Source: Macrostomum lignano (taxonomy: Eukaryota). From it: a stretch of 64,000 bases of DNA. Location: assembly GCA_002269645.1 (NCBI GenBank), contig NIVC01001077.1, forward strand, positions 62,001 through 126,000, in the 5' to 3' direction. Of this stretch, positions 57,889-64,000 are shown in pieces. A program made the position numbers and the translations under genes. Under the pieces are notes generated by a model. It ran no database searches and was not told the DNA's origin. It saw nothing but the letters and a program-made list of their open reading frames with translations. Each line of letters opens with the position of its first letter. Position 1 is the first letter of the stretch.

Positions 57889-60800
57889 TCACTGCATCTC
57901 CATGGTGTTGCGCCTTTCCTTGCCTGCCGGATACTGCCAGCGCAGCACGCAGGGCACCGGGTACAGCATCAGGCCGCTGACGAGGACGCAGACGCCGCAC
58001 ACGATGAACGGAATGTCGAATGACAAAGTCGAATCGAATAGGAAACCTGCGAGTGTTGTCAGTGAATGTGTTTTTCTGTTATTAAAATGTTTTCTCATTC
58101 AGCAAGCAAGCAGAAGCAAGCAGAAGCAAGCAGAAGCAAGCAGAAGCAAGCAGAAGCAAGCAGAAGCAAGCAGAAGCAAGCAGAAGCAAGCAGAAGCAAG
58201 CAGAAGCAAGCAGAAGCAAGCAGAAGCAAGCAGAAGCAAGCAGAAGCAAGCAGAAGCAAGCAGAAGCAAGCAGAAGCAAGCAGAAGCAAGCAGAAGCAAG
58301 CAGAAGCAAGCAGAAGCAAGCAGAAGCAAGCAGAAGCAAGCAGAAGCAAGCAGAAGCAAGCAGAAGCAAGCAGAAGCAAGCAGAAGCAAGCAGAAGCAAG
58401 CAGAAGCAAGCAGAAGCAAGCAGAAGCAAGCAGAAGCAAGCAGAAGCAAGCAGAAGCAAGCAGAAGCAAGCAGAAGCAAGCAGAAGCAAGCAGAAGCAAG
58501 CAGAAGCAAGCAGAAGCAAGCAGAAGCAAGCAGAAGCAAGCAGAAGCAAGCAGAAGCAAGCAAAAGCAAGCAGAAGCAAGCAGAAGCAAGCAGAAGCAAG
58601 CAGAAGCAAGCAGAAGCAAGCAGAAGCAAGCAGAAGCAAGCAGAAGCAAGCAGAAGCAAGCAGAAGCAAGCCGAGGCATCATTAAACTTGCCAGCAATTG
58701 GCGGGCCGACAAGCACCCCGATGCCCTGGAACAACAGCGTTAGTCCGAACGAGTCGCTCAACTTCTCCAAGCCGAGCAAATCCACCAGCACGGGTGATGT
58801 CAGAGTGACGTAAGTGCCTGCGGTTGGAGAAGTTAAAGTTGATATCGTTTAGAAATGGTGCATTTAAAGAGATTAGAAAAGCTCTATCACATCATCGCAT
58901 TCTAAAGTGAAAATTGGGCTTTTAAAGAATTTTTGGTAACCGTAAAGTGTTTTTTTATTTTTTTAGAGGCAGAGGGCTGCGTGAACCCTGGCGCGAAAGG
59001 ACATTGTCACAAAACCGGCGATAGGCGTTACTGCCCATTCCGCCAACTCCCCTGAGTAGGCACACACCTCATAGGAGTGTACAGCGGTCCTAACTTTTTT
59101 ATCGTTAGTCATGTACACTTCACTGTGCCTTGGGGGTTGGCCCTCAAGGCCATTAATTGCACGAGCAGAGCCAAGCCGAGATTCCAACTTAGCCACAATT
59201 TAATATGACTGCACTTGGAATCGAGCCTGGGCCGCTGGCACACCAGAGCGCCGCGCTGGACCACTGGGTATGATACACCCACCCACTGTAGTGTTTGTTA
59301 CGTCCGTTAACTGCAGTTGTTATTGGTTTGCGAAAGGTAGGCTACGGCATTTGTTAATGTAAACAAAAGTTTTTATTTTGTTGTTGCATCTACGGTTCAC
59401 TGACCAAAGATTGGGTTCGTTAAAGATTAAAATCAGTACTGCAGGTTCATTCTGTTCGTGCAGAGGTCTGGATTGTTTTGATAATTAAATCACTTGATTT
59501 TTATGCTGGCAATCTGCAAAGTTAAGCAAAATTTGCCGTGGTTAGTGCAGAGATGAATCTGCAGCCTCAAGCCCTCGATCTTAATGGGATTACCAGGGAT
59601 AAGCTCATTCTCTAAGCTCTTCTTCTTGGTCATTCAAGAGCTGTCTTAACTGGAATACCCATTCTGAAATGCTTCGATGCAACATCAGCAGCATACAAGC
59701 GCGCCAATGCTGTACGCAGGCACAGCACTCACACACACGCTCACACAGGGTGTACAGCGGCCCTGACTGTCTAATCGTCAGGCATGTACACTCTCTGTGC
59801 CTTGGGGGCTGACACTCATGGCAGCGCACGGAATCGAACCAGAGGTCGCGGCACCGCTGAGCTGCTCCGCCCCAGGCACCCCAACGCACCAATAAAGACG
59901 CCGAACAAAGCGCAGTAGGTGGCCATAAACCAGTAGGCGTCGCTCAGGAAGCTGAACACCAGCACGGTGCCAGCGATGGTCAGCGCCGAGTTGTACAGCA
60001 TCAGCTTGTTCACCCATTTCCTATCGGACAGAAAGCCGAAGGTCACCCGACCGACCATGTTGGAGATGCCGATGACGGACACCAACAGGGAGCTGAGCGT
60101 CTTCGAGATGCCGGCCTGCTGGGCGCGGTCGGGCACGAACAGAAACGGGGCGTTGAACCCGATGCTGCCCAGCAGGTTGGAGATGAGGAACATCACGAAG
60201 GAGATGTCGCGCAGCAGCGACAGGTTCATCAGGCCGGCCAGCTCCTCGCGGATCATCTCGCGCAGCGACCTGCCTTCAGCGTCGGCTTTTACCGCTGTCG
60301 CCGTCTCGCCCGTCTCCTCGTCGCGCAGCGTCGCAATGCTGGTGATGCTGCGGATGAAGTGCACCGGCCGGGTCACGTGGGTCAGCTGGATTCCCTGCGC
60401 CGTCCCCGCCGCCATCTTTGGCTGCTCCTCCAGGTCGATGCTGCCGGAGCGGGGCACCATCCGCTGCCGCTGGGACATGTCCTGCATGGACAGAAAGTCG
60501 CCGTAGCCGCCTGACTTGCCGCCGCCGCCGCCCCCTCGGATGGCGCGCATTCCTCGACCAGGCCGCCTGCCGTGCCCACCGGGGTTCAGCACGAGCTCCA
60601 TCTCATCATGCCGATCCAGCAGCTTCTGCAGCTCGCGCCTGGAATCTCCCGTCTTGCCGTCATTGGCGTGCGGCGGGACCTCCGTCTTGAGGTCGCCGTT
60701 GTCGGCCTTCTTAGCGACGTCGGCTGCCTCTTCGCTGGCCACTGTTGACGGCTTACGCAGTGGCAGTTCCAGGAGCGGCAGCGGCCGGAACATCGAGCCG

Positions 60801-61880
60801 AATACGGCGCAGTGCAGCAGGATGGCGGACAGAATCAGCATAGCGCCCCGCCAGGTGTACGTCTCGATCAATAAGCTGATGATCGGGCTGAAGATGAACG
60901 TGCCTGCGGGACGGGATAGGAATGGGAGGGGTGTAAAAGTGGGCCCGCCAACTCACTCCGCACCCACCTCACTCCGCACTCACCTCACTCGGCATTCACC
61001 TCACTCCGCATCCACCTCACTCCGCACCTACCTCACTCCGCACCCACCTCGCTCCGCACCCACCTCACTCCGCACCCACCTCACTCCGCACCCACCTCAC
61101 TCCGAACCCACGTCTTCACTCCGCACTCACCGAAACCAGAGCCACAGACGGCGATGCCGATGGCCGTAGAGCGCAGCGTCGTGAAATAGATGCCCACAGT
61201 GACAATCGTTGGCAAGTAGATGAGGCTCATGCCGAGTCCTGCAGCGGTGAGACGGTTACGTAATTATCGTTAGAAATTGTAATCACACTAACAATGCCAG
61301 CCCGACAAGCCCGACAGACACAGACACGCTAGCATTAGACACAGACACGCTAGCATTAGACACAGACACGCTAGCATTAGACACAGACACGCTAGCATTA
61401 GACACAGACACGCTAGCATTAGACACAGACACGCTAGCATTAGACACAGACACGCTAGCATTAGACACAGACACGCTAGCATTAGACACAGACACGCTAG
61501 CATTAGACAGAAAGCTTGAGCACCAACTCACCAACCAAGCAGCCAATGGTAATCACCAGCATCCAGGCCTCGGTGGCAAAGTAGGACACCGCGAACCCGA
61601 TGCTGCCAATCACGGCTCCCGTCATGGCGACTGGCCGGTTGCCAAATTTGGTGCTGGCTACGCTGGCCACCGGCCCGGCGCCCAGGGTGATGCCCACCAT
61701 GATGGAGTTGATCCAGCCCGCCAGCTGTCTGGAGGTGTTCAGCTCCTCCACCAGCTCGGCGGTCAGCACGCCGAACGCGTACGTGATGCCATCGATAACC
61801 AGATGCACGCAGAAGGCCGACGCCACCACGACCCAGCCCCAGCCGCCGTTCGGTGATTGATAAACCCGACCTGAAGTCAT
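57889..61880 (-). CDS. Monocarboxylate transporter family (SLC16/MCT, MFS) protein, 584 aa
   Basis: Exons 61532-61880, 61131-61238, 59890-60903, 58692-58817, 57889-58046 (all phase 1; last intron GC-AG). PNGGWGWVVV, YFTTLRSTAIGIAVCGSGFG, WRGAMLIL, long TM6-7 loop, GRVTFGFLSD, LVDLLGLEKLSDSFG, GPPIAGFLFD. Confidence 0.95.
58104..58670. repeat. Near-perfect 10-bp repeat (cagaagcaag) x~57 in MCT intron 4
   Basis: Directly visible; one variant (caaaagcaag) at 58561. Confidence 0.97.
58963..59280 (-). mobile_element. tRNA-derived SINE copy in MCT intron 3
   Basis: Aligns with 33763-34120 (agaggc..gtacagcggtcctaact..caaggccattaattgcac..gactgcacttggaatcgagcctggg..ggcacaccagagc). Confidence 0.78.
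59685..59889 (-). mobile_element. Diverged related SINE copy abutting the MCT exon 3 donor
   Basis: Perfect B-box GGTTCGATTCC (59830-59840, minus) plus the shared body gtacagcgg..tgtgccttggggg. Confidence 0.6.
60952..61130. repeat. 16-bp repeat (cactccgcacccacct) in MCT intron 2
   Basis: Directly visible; begins at the 5' splice site on the sense strand. Confidence 0.88.
61313..61510. repeat. 21-bp repeat x9 in MCT intron 1
   Basis: Unit gacacagacacgctagcatta. Confidence 0.93.
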
Positions 61881-62244
61881 TGCAGAGTCAATACGACAGT
61901 GTTGTCAGGCATGGAAATAGTTCTGCCTAATATTAGAGGCTGAAGATTACGTTTTGTTTAAAAAAACAGACAGTATCCAGTGCTTTCTACTAATGCGATT
62001 TATATAACTGCTGCCCATGAAAGGAGGGCATGGACCGGCGCAGCGATTGGACGAGACTTATAATGGCCTGGCGTGAGGCCTGCGCCTGGCCTATGCCTAG
62101 ATACAACTGAGTGGCGGCGCATTCATGCTAATTATTTATTAATGAGAAGCAATTCTAGCCACGCGTTGCAACCCTGATAGATTATTATTTTTATAGTCTG
62201 AATCTAGAAATTGATGCCATTTAGAATGTGCTATTCACAACGGA

Positions 62245-62822
62245 GCTACTCTCCCCTCCTGATGCTTCGTGGGGCGCCGCTACTCTCCCCTCCTGATGCT
62301 TCAGGGGGCGCCGCTACTCTCCCCTCCTGATGCTGCAGGGAGTGCCGCTACTCTCCCCTCCTGATGCTTCAGGGAGTGCTGCTTCTCTCCCCTCCTGATG
62401 CTGCAGGGGGCGCCGCTACTCTCCCCTCCTGATGCTTCAGGGAGTGCCGCTACTCTCCCCTCCTGATGCTTCAGGGAGTGCCGCTACTCTCCCCTCCTGC
62501 TGCTTCAGGGGTGCCGCTACTCTCCCCTCCTGATGCTGCAGGGGGCGCTGCTACTCTCCCCTCCTGATGCTTCAGGGGGTGCCGCTACTCTCCCCTCCTG
62601 ATGCTTCAGGGGGCGCCGCTACTCTCCCCTCCTGATGCTTCAGGGAGTGCCGCTACTCTCCCCTCCTGATGCTTCAGGGGGCACCGCTATTCTCCCCTTC
62701 TGATGCTTCGTGGGGCGCCGCTACTCTCCCCTCCTGATGCTTCAGGGAGTGCCGCTACTCTCCCCTCCTGATGCTTCAGGGGGTGCCGTTACTCTCCCTC
62801 CTGCTGCTTCAGGGGCGCCTCC
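62245..62822. repeat. 34-bp minisatellite, ~17 copies, upstream of MCT
   Basis: Unit gccgctactctcccctcctgatgcttcagggg(g/a)(c/gt). Confidence 0.92.
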
Positions 62823-63519
62823 TGAATCATCAGAAAATACTCTGTACCTGTGACCTCAAGAAAGGTGTATTTCTACTTTAATTTCACTGCCAAACTGGTT
62901 GCCACGGAGGACCACAATCTGATTTTACGGGGCTTCGATAAGTGATAAGATCTCAACACTTACACTACTGAGAACAAAGCTGCAAAATACTAACTGTTGT
63001 AAAAAAAACTAGAAAAATACTTCAGAATCTAGTTTAAAACAATGTTTTACGCAAGCCGGCTCAATCACCTGATCTGACAGCTTCTCTCTAGTCAAATCTT
63101 ATCTATCCAGATTGTATATAAGTATAACAAAATGCTATTATGCCTTGTTTCAGCTGGACACCGTTTTTAACATTATATGTTGTATAAGGCCATTGATAAA
63201 CCTTATCTATCACAGCTTACGCGATCGTATAAGGCCGGTGCTAGGCTGGGCTCCAATTGAGATAGGTAAATTCACACACCGCTGCACTCGGTAATATGAG
63301 TAATACCAGTGAGTAAGAGCGTGGGCGAGCAAATTCAAATTAACCGCTAAATTAATTGGAATGACCTCTTGTTTTACGCTTAAAAATTTTAAATTCAGGA
63401 TTTTCTGGGTAATGTACTTTACTACCTACTTATAGTAATTAATTCGGGAAGTCAATCCGAATTTCAATTTTATGAGGTAACGTTTAGATTATAGATATAC
63501 TTTTTCAAGGCATATCTAC

Positions 63520-64000
63520 CATTTAAATGCCCGCTACCCCTCTCTACCCTTTAAATGCCCACTACCCCTCTCTACCCTTTAAATGCCCGCTACCCCTTTC
63601 TACCTTTTAAATGCCCGCTACCCCTCTCTACCCTTTAAATGCCCGCTACCCCTCTCTACCTTTTAAATGCCCGCTACCCCTATCTACCTTTTTAAAGGCC
63701 CGCTACCCCTCTCTACCCTTTTAAAGGCCCGCTACCCCTCTTTACCTTTTAAAGGCTCGCTACCCCTCTTTACCTTTTAAATGCCCGCTACCCCTCTTTA
63801 CCCTTTAAATGCCCGCTACCCCTCTTAACCCTTTAAATGCCCGCTACCCCTCTCTACCCTTAAATGCCCGCTACCCCTCTCTACCTTTTAAAGGCCCGCT
63901 CCCCCTCTCTACCCTTTAAATACCCGCTACGCCCTCTATCTTTTAAATGCCCGCTCCCCCTCTCTACCCTTTAAATGCCCGCTACTCCTCTCTACCTTTT
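63520..64000. repeat. 28-bp minisatellite running off the right edge
   Basis: Unit aaatgcccgctacccctctctacccttt. Confidence 0.92.

Noticed and set aside
59967-61169. Plus-strand ORFs 59967..60506, 60516..61169 and 61600..61860
   Set aside because: Antisense shadows of GC-rich MCT exons.
62040-62070. TATA/CCAAT promoter for MCT
   Set aside because: The motifs are in the wrong order for the minus strand; too weak to call.
13654-64000. Many repetitive ORFs (e.g. 14783, 16527, 17292, 36314, 40413, 45421, 48689, 51731, 56845, 57902-58791, 61283)
   Set aside because: They are translations of intronic or flanking minisatellites; none has domain content or splice support.

Overview
Eukaryotic (metazoan) genomic DNA with spliceosomal introns. 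Innexin, GC-rich exons and minisatellite-packed introns suggest a free-living flatworm such as Macrostomum (inference, not verified). Six intron-containing genes were reconstructed by hand with phase-consistent splice junctions. (1) A giant Thr-rich mucin-like protein (>3470 aa; repeat blocks-TSP1-EGF-2x cbEGF-NIDO; minus strand; runs off the left edge). (2) A Csk-type SH3-SH2 tyrosine kinase (minus). (3) MsrB (plus). (4) Adenosine deaminase (plus). (5) An innexin (plus; probable 1-bp frameshift near the C-terminus). (6) An SLC16/MCT transporter (minus; one GC-AG intron). Between Csk and MsrB lies a transposon island: a Penelope-like GIY-YIG fragment, a decayed Buster/SPIN-type hAT with TIRs and 8-bp TSD, and a 4.9-kb MULE with TIRs, 9-bp TSD and cargo. 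A tRNA-derived SINE occurs four times. About 30 different tandem arrays are present, and most long ORFs in the supplied track are artefacts of them. Three patterns stand out. First, the hAT is mutated almost entirely by C>T/G>A changes at CpG AND CpA/TpG, a RIP-like signature unexpected in an animal. Second, every intron >250 bp is a roughly 50-250-bp core plus its own private minisatellite (or a SINE), and several arrays start at or mimic splice signals. Third, all five genes whose 3' end is visible carry a gene-specific array just after the stop codon.
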